From Octopus sinensis (taxonomy: Eukaryota), in NCBI RefSeq assembly GCF_006345805.1, contig NC_043026.1:10726001-10790000 (forward strand): 64,000 nucleotides of DNA, given 5' to 3'. The first letter of the stretch is position 1. Each line of letters starts with the position of its first letter. Shown here piece after piece: positions 27,354 through 56,099 of the stretch. A program made the position numbers and the translations under genes. Under the pieces are notes generated by a model, which worked only from the letters and a program-made list of their open reading frames with translations, was not told the DNA's origin and did not search any database.

Positions 27354-27467
27354 AAATAACCAAAACATATGCAGGCATCGTTAGTACTGTTGTTGCTATA
27401 CCTGTCAATATGACCATCTATATATATCTATACCATTTCTCTAACTATACCATCTATATATCTATAC

Positions 27468-27702
27468 CAGTGGTTCTCAGACAGGGCCCACATGACGCTT
27501 GGGTGGAGGGCCATATAAGATTTTGTTGTTAAAATCTATGTACAATAAATTGTTTATACTTCTTCAACCAACAAAATATTAGAATAATTTTTTTAATACA
27601 ATTCCTAATAATATTTAATTACCAAAAATATATTAGGATTCCTTAAACATCAAATGGCTATGACGGGTCACTCAAGTAAAATAAGAATCGAAGGGACCAC
27701 TG
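27468..27702. mobile_element. hAT-type MITE (degenerate) in the putative 3' UTR of B
   Basis: Termini cagtggttctc / gggaccactg; imperfect 8-bp flanks atctatac / atcctaac. Confidence 0.5.
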
Positions 27703-27964
27703 ATCCTAACCATCTATATATCTATGCCATCTATATCCCCATGTATATATCTATACCATCTATGACCATCTATATATCTATATCATATCAATGCTATCTA
27801 TACTATACTATACTATATATATACCACCTATATCTATACTATATGACCATCACCGCTAACCCACACTCCATGTACACCACTCAATAAAAGTCTGCTCAAC
27901 ATTGGTCTTTGTTGTGATTCTCTTTCATTCTCTCTCTCTCTCTTTTTGACTTTGAGTTAAAGAG

Positions 27965-28022
<58 letters not shown>

Positions 28023-28454
28023 TGTATAAATGGCGGTGCCCCAGCATGGCCACAGCGCATGAGCTGAAACTGGAAAAATCAAAAATCAAATACCGATTGT
28101 TCCTCCTAGTCAGAAGAGTGCCGTCCCTTTCTTCGAACCTTGCACAAACCATGTGCATACAGAGGTGGCTCCTCAGCCCAGCTTCCGTTCTGCAAAGCTC
28201 GTTCACAGATGTAACTCTTGAATTGTCTGTCTCATGACATCGCTGGCTGCTGCGTCGTCGTGACCTCCTATATTTTACCATGCATGGTTAGGCCGCCAGA
28301 TGACTTGTGTGTACACCTATATACCTCTATTTCTCATTCACACATACTTTCTCATATGTACGAATGCGAACTTTTGTGGTTTGTGTGTGCGATTGTGAAG
28401 CTACGCACAAAGTTTCCTTCCCGCATATTTTTATGTATTTACTTATTGATGTTC

Positions 28455-29107
<653 letters not shown>

Positions 29108-29112
<5 letters not shown>

Positions 29113-29902
29113 CTAATGTAGGATAAAATTTTTTTCGAGAAAAAGATTTTATCAATGGCCAGCATATCAAAAAATACCTTTAAAGGTTAAATTTATAAAT
29201 AATTTACAAAATAAGAGCAAATATATATATATATATATATATATAAAACTGTAGTTGTGTGAGTGTCTGTCCCCTTCGATTTAGATTCCTAACTACTCCC
29301 ATATTTTGTGGTGCAGTTTAACCAAATTCGGGTATCTTATAGTCGTGATTCATATCGAGCCCGTCTGCGTATTAGCGCGCGTCTACGATGAGTCTACGAT
29401 TTTAAAAATAATTTAACATCATTTTTTATTCCATTTTAATGCATAATTTTTCGCGTGTCGATGGCGGCGGAGTTGGCGTCCACGCTCAAACACCTGCACC
29501 TGTGTTTGCTTCTCCCCCTTCTTTCCTCCCTCGTGAAGCTGTTGGGGAAGGGAGTGCAAGGAAATCAACGTCGTAAAGCGTTGTCAAGGAGACCAGCGTT
29601 CTTTTAGAACAACGACTTCATGGCTTGAAGACACCAAAACAGAAATGGCTAAGAAAGCCCGAATTGGCATCTATAAGGGAAGTAACTCTCTAAAAATGCT
29701 TATATAGTTATTTCCCTTACAAACCCGAGCAACGCCGGGCGATACTGCTAGTATATATATATAAGTATATACATATATATATATATATATTTGCTCTTAT
29801 TTTGTAAATTATTAATAAATTTAACCTTTAAAGGTATTTTTTGATATGCTGGCCATTGATAAAATTTTTTTCTCGAAAAAATTTTTATCCTGCATTAGTT
29901 AT
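29108..29902. mobile_element. Foldback/MITE-like element: ~115-bp inverted repeats (29108-29222 and 29788-29902) enclosing a Helitron
   Basis: aactaatgtaggataaaattttttt...taagagcaaata is the reverse complement of tatttgctctta...tttttatcctgcattagtt. Confidence 0.75.
29240..29751 (+). mobile_element. Non-autonomous Helitron; inverted copy at 59375-59880
   Basis: 3' cccgagcaacgccggg hairpin + gatactgCTAG|T, inserted in (AT)n; matches 59375-59880 along its full length. Confidence 0.8.
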
Positions 29903-30842
29903 AAATCTAAGTGTTCACTTCCGGATTCTCTCACAGACATACATATATATATGTAATCGACTTAATTCCTTTGTCTGTCCTTGTTTTTCCCCTCTGTGGG
30001 TAGTAAAGAAATATGCTTGCCTGTTTTTTTTTCCTTTGAATCAAGTGTCAATGAAAAGCATTGATTGTGTTCGATACGGAGGTGCGTGCGTATCGTCGTT
30101 GCCTCAGCGACGTTACGTGATCAGCTTTTTTTATATCTCCTTTACCAGATTTTATTACTAAAACCTCACCACAGCAACGACATTATCAACATCGGGACGT
30201 CTTCAATAACTACACAACCATTTTTTTCTCTATTCACTGAAGCTGATGTCTCTTTCAAAGGACCGGTTTTCTTCATTGTAATCAAAGAATAAATATTGAT
30301 GTGTTTTCACTTCTGTGGGGGAAATACTGGCACATTAGTAAACAAGTTTGATCTGAGTGGTTGTTACTAACAGCGGTGGACAGTCTGCGAGCTTTGATCA
30401 CATCTGAATAATGAGAGAATATAGAACTGAGATCAGTGGTCAGTGCTAACAATTGTAAGGAGTCCTAAACATTTGTAGACAAAACTGTGGGTTACAGAAA
30501 ATAGTTAAAGTGAAAGTAAGTGGGTTCTTTTTTTTTTTTATATCACATGGTATTTCGTGTGTGCGCCTATGTGTTATGACTAGGGTGTGCAAGGATTAGC
30601 TTGTATGAGTGTGCGTGGTTGTGTTTGCATGTGTGTATTAAGATGAGTGTGTGTGTGCATTGTGAAGAAAACGAGAGTGTGTGCTGTTTTTATGAAATCT
30701 GTTTTTATAAGTTCTAGCTGCCATGTAGAGGTCTCCCTCATTGGCTGAGACATGCTGCCATATTTAGTGGGCATCACTCGAGTTGCTGGAAGATGTGTGG
30801 TTGGCTGTCCTTACTTTGGTCAGAGAACAGACCAGCTTCATA

Positions 30843-30960
<118 letters not shown>

Positions 30961-31485
30961 TTCCCTCTCTACACACGCACAAACATATACAAACAATGAC
31001 ACAGAAACACACACAGAGTTTGGTCTTCCACAAACTTTCCGTAAAGCAAATTCCCTCCCAAGACAATGATCGGTCTGCGGCTGTTTTAGAAGACACTTGC
31101 CAACTGTACCATGCAGTACGACTAAAACCAAACCACTTGTTTGCATTCCAAGCTTCTTAGTCCCACAGCCTGTGCCTATATCCCATGGCCCCTTTCTGTC
31201 ATGTATGTCCATGGATGAGGCTCTTATTTGTCCGCTCAACTGGGACAGTATTGTCTATGTCGGAACAGTCCTATGTGCAAATAGCAGTCTCTATTGCACA
31301 AGCCAAAGCCGTGAACTGTCCCGGTTCTATTTGAGTCGTTATGTTCTTCCTTTCTGCTTTTGTCTCTCTGTTGCTCGCTTCTATCTCTCTATTATAGGAT
31401 GTTGGATATGACCCACGCTTAGGCTGTATGGTATGGAGGACAAGTTATGGCAATGCAGTGTTTCTCACAGAGTATTGATCTAGAG

Positions 31486-31686
31486 CAGTGGTTTTCAACC
31501 AGGGTTTTGCCAGTACAGTCCAGGGGTTCCGCAAGAAGTTACAAAACTGCTAAAATCGGCAGTAATTTTTAATTCTCCTGTGCAGATATGTGTGCATAAG
31601 ACTATTAAATTATTGCACAGGGGTTCCCCGAGCTATTGGAATGTTTCCTTGGGGTTCCGCTCCAGCAAAAAGTTTGAAAAGCACTG
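31486..31686. mobile_element. hAT (Charlie-like) MITE with a perfect 8-bp TSD
   Basis: TSD atctagag at 31478-31485 and 31687-31694; termini cagtggttttcaa / ttgaaaagcactg. Confidence 0.88.
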
Positions 31687-32259
31687 ATCTAGAGAATGTC
31701 TGTGAAAAGACAAGTAAATTAGAAGTTTTTTTTCAAAATTAATTTGTTTATAAGATGATAGTCTGATGTTAAGGTTGCAGTAAAAGGTGTTTGCTATTAT
31801 GTACATTTAAAATTATTTTGACACTGCTTACGGAATAAAATATTTTGGGGATTACATAGACAATATTTTACGTAGGATATAAGCAGTTCCCGCGAGTTCT
31901 TAGCTGTAATATTGTAAGCTTCAACTAAATCAATTAACTGAACTGAATATTTACTCTAACATTTTCAATTCTCTATATTGCCTTCATACATCTTTTAGCG
32001 TGCCAACGTACTATTACATACAGTGCAGTATTACAAATCGTTCAGCAGAGATACTAGCTTTTAAACGTTCAACTGAAAGTGGCTTAAAAGTGAGCAACAT
32101 GTCGATAAAAACCATAATCTTGGCTTTCTAATGTTGTTGTTTTCCAAATTGATTACTGATATATTTTTGCTTTACACACAAGGGTTGCGTTTCCTAGTGC
32201 AGCGGAAAAACAACCAACTTTAGTACAGAAATGAATCTATATTATATCAAATACATATG

Positions 32260-32307
<48 letters not shown>

Positions 32308-32659
32308 TACATTATATATATATATATATGTGTGTGTGAAGGCATATAATGTAGGCATATATGTATATACATGTATATGTATATGTGTGTTTGTATTTAT
32401 GTGTGTGTGTGTGTGTAGTAATATAAAAGCAGAGTACGATATAGTACACAGCATTGCTAGAAATAGGAGTCAAATGGCTCAGCAACCACAATAAGTCACT
32501 TATACACACTGGTGAATTCGAGATAACAGCGAGTAAAAATCGCAAATGGTTTTTGCAGAGGTACTCATAGTACGTTATTTCAGACCTTGTGATAAACAAT
32601 TAGTCTTCATTAGTGAGTATTACTGGTTGATCTATACACACATAGTGACGCGAGTATTT

Positions 32660-33120
32660 AGCCCTAAGCAGCAACACTCACTGACGAAGACAAAATGTTT
32701 ATCACAGGGTCCGAAATCACGTGATATGAGTACGTCTGCAAAAATCGCATAGAAGATAATTTAGAATTTTCCGTGAAGGATTTTAGAGACAATAGATGTG
32801 GAATGTGTAATAACAACAATAAAGGTTTTATATATAATTTAAAAGTGGATCCTTCAATGCGAATATGAACTCTAAGACACAGAATCTCATATGCTGCATC
32901 ACATACCCAAATTGCAAAGAGAATTAGAGTTGCCAAAACCAAAAATTCCCTTTGCCAATGAGCAACGATCCACAGACAGCACATCTCACAAAAATAATTA
33001 CACCTGAGCAAAGGTCTGTATATATGCGGAAACAGCAGATTCAAGGTTTTCCCTGTCTACAAATGCCCGATGGATAATCCAAAATGCCGAAAGGCGATGA
33101 AACTATATTTTATAGAAAAA
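32660..33120 (+). mobile_element. Penelope-like element remnant (GIY-YIG endonuclease, decayed)
   Basis: NSKTQNLICCITYPNCKEN* followed by ..QTKNSLCQ..IHRQHI...ICGNSRFKVFP in a shifted frame resembles NLIYCITC..C...YIGQT. The upstream ctgacgaagac...ccgaaa is a terminal-type motif. Confidence 0.55.
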
Positions 33121-34224
33121 TTTCTATCAAAATTTATGTGAAAAATATATTTATATAAAATGAAAAATTCTTTTAAAAATTTCTTTCCTAGGCGAAACCA
33201 CACCAGATTATCACTGGATATATTTCTATTATTAATAATTTCTCATTGCTGCTACTAAATGTTATTTTTCATTACTGTTACTAAATTTCTCATTACTGTT
33301 ACTAAACGTTATATTTAACGAAGCGGAGGGAAAATCAATGTGGTCACACGGCGTACTTCGCGAGATTCCAAATCGCTTTCTCAACGACTTCTACCAACCC
33401 CTTACATCTCGACCCCCTTATATCTCAACCAATACGCTACTCCTTGCAAGAGTTCGGCTTGTCCATTATTCCAATTCCCCAGGGATGTCAATGACTCTCG
33501 CCACAACATCTCTCCATTTGAGATTGACTTCCGTTGGAAGTTAATATTATTATTTATATTTATTTATTTTTCTTTCATCCCATCTCCCGTTTTGATATTT
33601 TCCTCCTAGGGAAATTTGATATTCCTTCCTTTTAGGCACTATTCCAACCGCTCTGTTTGTTTCCTCTTTCTTGTGATGCTACGCTTAAGTTCGATTTCTT
33701 GCAGTGTTGGCACATCAAAGGTGTCGTAGAACACTTACTAATTAACCCATACGTGGGATCCCAACGAGTATTTCTACTCCGGGTCAATGAAGACATTCGA
33801 ACAACACTGGATAAGAGGTGATTCCAAATTCGTAAAAGTCCTGGAAATACCCAACTAGGGCCCACTACTGGAAGCAGTTTAAAAATCATACCCAGAACCT
33901 ACATATTTACTAATAGCCCTAATTTATTTTAATTTTTCTATTCTAAATTATATTTGATTCCTTTTGCGTTTTCTCTTCTAAACATCCTTCCTCTCACACG
34001 CAAACATTTTCCATCTCCTCATTGTATCTCTCTCTTTTTCAGAATTTCTCCTTGTTAATCTCTAACATTTTCCCATCCTCAATGGTACTCATTCTATCTT
34101 CGTATATTAAATTTCCTTCTGTCTCTTCACCGAGTCGCTCTCTCTCTCTCTCCCTCCCTCCAACTCTATTTTTTATTCCATTTCTTTTCCCATCTGTCTC
34201 ACTCAGGCGATCATAGAACTAAGA

Positions 34225-49029
<14,805 letters not shown>

Positions 49030-49224
49030 CTCACCAATCAAAATATCCCTTGCAACTGACGTCAACCAGTACAAGGTATTCACCACTTCTTACCATGGGT
49101 CAAATACTACAAGTTAATAAAAACCTTACAATAATAATTCTATCTAATATTGGTGTTTTGTTGATTCTTAAAATACTTACACACAAACACACACACACAG
49201 ACACACACACATATGTGTGTGTGT

Positions 49225-49263
<39 letters not shown>

Positions 49264-49499
49264 GTGTGTAATAAGATCCAGAGATTGCACAGAAGGAAGT
49301 CAAAGGAACAAACTGAAAATTCACACACAAGACGATGATATGCTCTTCCTTCATCAGCACGGAGGTGTGAGTTCGAGTCTCATAGCCGACCGCCAACACT
49401 TTTTTCTGCAAAATAGGGGTTGCTTAACCTGTTCAGGCTATATTATTAGCATTATCCTGAGTTTGAGAATTTAAAATCACTTCTTTAACTTTATAGGTA

Positions 49500-50625
49500 A
49501 GGAAGTGATTTTGGGGAGTGAGGAATCGAGGAGAACTAAATAAAATGACGACACACAACAGAGAGGGTGTGTCTAACAAGAGCAGAAAGGCAGGGAAATA
49601 GAAGCAGGAATTGCATCTAAGGATACAGAACAGGCAGTTGTTACAATAAATGTGGCAGTAAGAGTAGCACCAGCAGCAATAGTGGAAGCAACAGTAGCAG
49701 GTGCAGAAACAACAACAACAACAACCACAAGAGCACTTGAACAAACGTAAACACGAAAATCCGAAAGAGAATGCACCACTCACGGCGTCTTACAACCTAG
49801 CTCTCCCTTTAGCCCTCTCTAAAACTCTCGCTCACATGTTAGCAACCACACAAACACATCCTCAACAACACCGAAGGGAGATATGCAAGTCATTCGCTCC
49901 TCCGCCACATCAAAGCGATGATGAAGGGGAAATCCAACACTACAGACACGACAATCACCAACAGAAGCACAAGTAGATCAAGCAATAAAAAGAAAAATTC
50001 CACTACAGCAACCAGCCGCACAGCAGCGGAATTTTGTGCTAGTGGGGAGGGCCAATGAAAATCTGATAGCACTCATAGCGCAAAACGAGAACGTTGAGAC
50101 ACAGGGGAAGGGGTCTGTAGCACCGACACTTTTAAAGGGCCATAGAGCTTAATGATAGTACGCATGACGATACAGACGTGAAAGAACAGTAAAAGGCGCT
50201 AGGATAGCGACATAGGAACTCCCAGTTTAAGGGCCACCGGATGGCTTTTAAGAAGGTTTCCAGAGGAACCCGACCAATCAGACAGGATGGGAGAACCACT
50301 CGACAACCAACAGCACCAGGTGGGTAAGTGACAGCCCTTTTTTCTTTTCTTTATTTCCTGGCTAGCTTGGCGGTTCTTAATGTAGGTTATATAAATATAC
50401 GTGGGCTGGGGAAGCAAAATCGCTTGCGCAATGATCTCAGGTGGTTGAATTTGGATGTAATAGTCGTCAGTGAGACTACAATTGTGAACTCACACACACC
50501 TTAGCACCTGATGATTTTGAGATTTTTGCATCTTTTGGTCGGTCCCTATGCTGTCAGACCCGTAGCGTGGAGGAATGGGCATGCTGTGGCTGATGATGCG
50601 CAGACATACGCTGAGGCTGCGACAT
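49500..50625 (+). mobile_element. Tx1-like remnant: ORF1 C-terminal part, ORF2 start and an internally deleted ORF2 fragment
   Basis: VGYINIRGLGK (APE start) at ~50380. 50535-50625 matches 41670-41770 (tgctgtca.ac...gatgcgcagacat.cg..caggctgcgacatctcaagcg). Confidence 0.6.
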
Positions 50626-51485
50626 CTCAAGCGATATACAAACACATGAATATGCAGAATGCATACATACAAACGTACACACTTGCATACATACACATAC
50701 GCACACATACACACACACACAACTTATACGCATGTATACATGCATATATACATGCGTATGCACACACACACACCGACCCACACACATGCGCACAAACAAA
50801 CGAAAGGAACGCAGCTCGGATAATGGACAGAGTCAACGATTCCTGAAAAGGTTGCCAGACGGAACGAAATTTTTAGGAAAAATGAATAAGTAAACGAGTG
50901 GAAACTTTATGTGTGAGTGTGTTAAATAATAAGGCACTAAAAGAGAATGACTCTCCCCAGATACAATAAAATATGCTTCAACACACGAACTCACATAAAG
51001 AATCTTGCAAAACAAATCCAAAAACGAAATATTTATATTATTGTAATAGAAATTTACAAAGGTCGTTTAAAAAGATCTTTGATTAATTATTAAAAAGCTT
51101 GTTTATTCTAAATACACCGATATTAAACAAATTTATAAAAATTACGATTATTTATTACCTATACTAATTTGTACATGAAATAAATAAATAAATGATCAAA
51201 CAGAAAATAGCTTACAGTAAATCAAAATATTTATAATTTTTATGTATTCGTAATTTCGAAAGAATAAAACAGGAGGCACATAATTTCACAATGAAAATTT
51301 ATTAAGAATGATAGGATCCATGATAAATATTCGCATATGTAGAATTATTTAAAGTTTTAGTTTAAACATATATAATGTGCTTGTTATGCGCATGTCCACT
51401 CATGCGCATAACAAGCGTTAGGGGCTGGTAAGCGTTAAGGATTGGTAACAATTGCGGTAGATAATCCTGTGGTTAGTTTATTTCG

Positions 51486-51561
51486 TCACAGCTGGATGAA
51501 TATGGCCATGGAATCAGCTTCTCCATAACCTGGAAGTATCAAGAATAATAATATCAATAAC

Positions 51562-51620
<59 letters not shown>

Positions 51621-54218
51621 ATACTACTACTAGATAATAGTACTGAAGTAGAATAATATTATATATAAATTAAGTGAATGGTTTCTTCCGATATGTAAAG
51701 CATTGTTTAAAAATGTATTACAGACATTACTCTCTTGACCCATTTTCAGTAATTTTAATCATAATCACTTGTATGTATAGCAGTAATTCGAACCCTAGCC
51801 GCTAGATACACGATTAGGCACCAGAAGCGAGCCGCCACCAAAATTTCACGTGATTGATCTGTAAATTGGCAAACCAGTGTAAAGCTGTGTCGTGACATGG
51901 TTTTCTCGAATATTCAAGAAATCCTACAATTCACCTCATAAAACCCATTGTGGTTGAGGACAGCCGACTGATTCACATTCTTCACCTACTACCCACTGAC
52001 AAGCCGCCTCAGGCTTTTGGAATAAAAGATCGCCGACGCTCGGACATACAGCATGATGTCTCATTGATAGCTTTTTACATTCACAGAGCATTATTCTCGC
52101 CTCCCAGTCAGCAATTATTAATATCGTTCATTCTAAGTGACCAACACCAAATATATTATGCCTTACTAATGAATATCACAGTTAAATTTTCATGCGTTTG
52201 CTTCAGTTTTTATATTCTTTTTCATGCAGCCAGCACGCAGTTTCACCTTTACACTGCAACAGTCTTGGAATAACGTTCATACAACAATGATAGTGAAGCC
52301 ATTTACTTCGACAATGGTCATTCATACATTTTAAGCATCTCATCATTGACCAGCTCAATTCAAGCAAAAAGCAAACCGCCTGACATAGGTATCTCTTACT
52401 ACAGCGATTCGCTTCAAGGCGTAAATATGTTTATAAGTGATCGATGACAACTTTCGAGTTTGAAGAGGTAATTTGCATATAATAAGGAGTATAGTTTTCG
52501 AAGCTAATCATCCTTAACACTTCACACTTCCTAACAATTCGAATATAGAATTTATATCATTTATAGACATTCGTGTTGAGAAGAATTGTTCTGTTGGAGA
52601 TGTCTGAAGGTAAGCATAGGTATAACCAGGACCCAAAGATTTGTAATAAGCCTCCTGATCTGAGGTAACTTCAGAAAAAGATATTATTTCAGCAGTAGAT
52701 ACGTATTTCATTTTCACTTTTTACCTTCCAAAAATCACATAGTTCTCAAAATAGCTTATTTCAACTGGTAACTATCGTAACTTAGTGATTCGACAAAACA
52801 CCTCGATAGAATGAATAGCAGACTTTAACAATAAGTACTGGAATTAATTTGTTCGACTAAAATATTTCTAGGTGGTGCCTCAGTATGGTCGCAGGCCAAT
52901 GACCGAAAAAAAATAACAAATAAAAGATTATATAAATATTCAGCATTATTTAAAAAATAAATATTATTAAATATAAGAATTAAGAATAATCTGTCTCATT
53001 TAATCTTTTACTTATCCTATGTATCACATGTGAAGCACAGAATGTATTTCCCTGGAGATCATGCTTCCTATATGATATATGCACCCAAGTTGTTTGAAGC
53101 AGCAGAGTAAGGGAACAAGAGCTGTTTGAGATCAAGAATGGATAAAGTTACGAAAGTGATTTGCATATGCAAATGTTAATTAAAATTGGGTTGCGAACAA
53201 TGTTCCTAAAATAGAATTATGGATTCTTTTTTTTTTTTTTGGGGGGGGAATCATATAAGTGTCTGCAAGCAATAATAAATCTCTGAACGAGATGTAAACA
53301 GTAACTGCTCGACAACGTAAAGTATACTAGCCATCTCAATATGGCTAACCACTAAGAGTGGGTGTTACTGTAGCTTCTAGCCCCAGGAGTGTGCCTAAAG
53401 CCAGCTGGAGACGATGATCTCCTGGGGCTAAAAGCTACAGTAACACCCACCCTTAGTGGTTAGCCATATTGAGATGGCTAGTATACTCTACATATAAGTG
53501 TTCCGTGGATAAATGCTTTTGATAATGCTGCTCTGACCAAGTCATAAAGACAAGATTATAGACATTCAGACGACAACGAAATACTTACCGTCGTGCCACA
53601 TCGTACTCAAATTCGTTTCAGAGTAGAGGATTGTAGGATAATGGTCTGATTGCTCCCAACCACATCCTCCTTGGAAACCGTCCATCATTACCAACCAACC
53701 ACGGTGTGTCAAGCAGCTACCACGAGCCTCTGCTACATAGAAACCGCGTAGGTTTCTGTATGGGATAAAGAAAAGACGGTTCACTTTCAGGTATTTTTGT
53801 TGTCGCAATTCTTCTTTGCAGTAGTTACGAATCAATTAAAAATTCTCACATTTAATTAAATAAACTCACAGCCATTTCCCCGACAAAATGTTTCTATCGT
53901 TCCAATGCTTCATTTCTTGAAACTAGAACTAGTCACAAACATTAGAATTCTCTCTCTCTCTCACACACACACACACACGCACGCACGCACACACACACGC
54001 TCACACACACTCACACACACACACAGTCACACACACTCACACACACACAGTCACACACACACACGCACACACACACACTCACACACACACACTCACACAC
54101 GCACACACACACACACGCTCACACACACTCACACACACTCACACACACACACAGTCACACACACTCACACACACACAGTCACACACACACACACGCACAC
54201 ACACACACTCACATACGC

Positions 54219-54256
<38 letters not shown>

Positions 54257-55998
54257 ACACACTTGTTAGGCAATTGCGCTCCGGGGAAATATATATTTTT
54301 TAAAGAAGTGAGTTATCAAAGGCGGTGAGCTGGCAGAATCGTTAGCACGCCAGACAAAATTCTTAGCAGCTTCTCATCGATTCTTGTGTTCTGAGTTCAA
54401 TTTTTGCCGAGGTCGACCTTGCTATTCATCCTTTTCTGGTCGATAAAGTGGAGGCGCAATGGCCCAGTGGTTAGGGCAGCGGATTCGCGGTCATAGGATC
54501 GCGGTTTCGATTCCCAGACCGGGCGTTGTGAGTGTTTATTGAGCGAAAACACCTAAAAGCTCCACGAGGCTCCGGCAGGGGATGGTGGTGATCCCTGCTG
54601 TACTCTTTCACCACAACTTTCTCTCACTCTTACTTCCTGTTTCTGTTGTACCTGTATTTCAAAGGGCCGGCCTTGTCACTCTCAGTGTCACGCTGAATAA
54701 CCCCGAGAACTACGTTAAGGGTACACGTGTCTGTGGCGTGCTCAGCCACTTACACGTTAATTTCACGAGCAGGCTGTTCCGTTGATTCGGATCAACCGGA
54801 ACCCTCGTCGTCATAACCGACGGAGTGCTTCCACCACAATTTGGTCGATAAAATAAGTACCAGTTAAAGACTGAGCCCAATGTGATCGTTGTATATCTTC
54901 CCCTGAAATTGCTGGCCTTGTGCCAAAGTTTGATATCAATATATGTTGCCTGTTTGTTTGTTCCTTCTCGAGCCATGCCTGGCTCATGCGGGCCGGTTTC
55001 CTTGGCGTATAGGTTCCCCACCTGGACGGGACGCTGGTACGTCGTAGGTGAGATGAAGGAGGAAAGAGTGAGAGAATGTTGTGGCGAAAGAGTCAGCAGA
55101 AGTTCGCCATTACCTTCTGCTCATAAACACACACATCGCCCAGTCTGAGATTCGAACCTGCCGTCCCTCGACCGCGAGTCCACTGCTCTAACCACTAGGC
55201 CATGTGCCTCCACGATATCAATATATGTATTAGTTTAACTCTCAAAAAGAAAGGAAAGCAGAGGAGCTTGGATCAAAGAATACACACACACAAACACACA
55301 CACACACACACGCATAGACAGACAGACAGTAGTTACTGATTCCCCTATGAACTTTGAATAATTTCTAGACATGACATAAATATGCCCAAACAGTTTAAGG
55401 TTAAAATATTGATTTCTAAAGATGGTATAATGTCAGGAAATTTGGAGAAAAGGAAATATAGTTAATCACATCGATACAGTATTTCACTGGTTCATGGTTT
55501 TTGAACCGGAAGGAATGAAAAACGACGCGGTATTCGAACTCAGAATATGCAGGTAATTACGCAACATAATGGTTATTGTAAGAACATACCCAACTCCAGC
55601 CACTGAGAAATGATGGTTGTTCTCTGGTATCAGGTCAGTCCATGGAGAACTTTTCAGATTGTTGAGTGAGAACCAGCTTTGAAGGGTTGTATTACGGCCA
55701 TCAAACGCCATCGTTACAATATCTGCGTGGTTTTTGTATAGCACAAGTTTTACCCGAAGAAAAGCCCAAATATATTTATATATATTACGGAGATGTACTT
55801 GCATAGCGAGTGACTTGATCTGAGATCGTGTGCTGGAACGAAAACAATTGCAGCGTGGAAGGTGTTTGTAAGCCATTTAAGAAACACACAAAAACATTTA
55901 AGTTTAATTTGTCAAAATATTTTCGTCGCTTTGAGACCGCGACCTGTTCACTGACAAAACTTCGTGCTGCATATTTATACGTATTTATATATATGACT

Positions 55999-56049
<51 letters not shown>

Positions 56050-56055
56050 TGTGTT

Positions 56056-56099
<44 letters not shown>

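Noticed and set aside
28075-28275. Possible RTE-clade LINE 3' remnant (CRTEAGLRSH on the minus strand)
   Set aside because: Too short and decayed to call with confidence without a consensus search.
30240-30292. Alternative terminal exon for B (TDVSFKGPVFFIVIKE*)
   Set aside because: Weak AAG acceptor and no paralog support. The exon at 27307-27353 matches the YGxxDxxAIFI terminus of C and D.
30340-30520. Possible non-coding first exon of C ending at GTAAGT (~30514)
   Set aside because: Only a donor-like hexamer, with no paralog or promoter support.
54448-54520. tRNA gene
   Set aside because: The tRNA-like A/B boxes are the head of a SINE with a TSD and a long non-tRNA body. The same applies to the other tRNA-like heads in the window.
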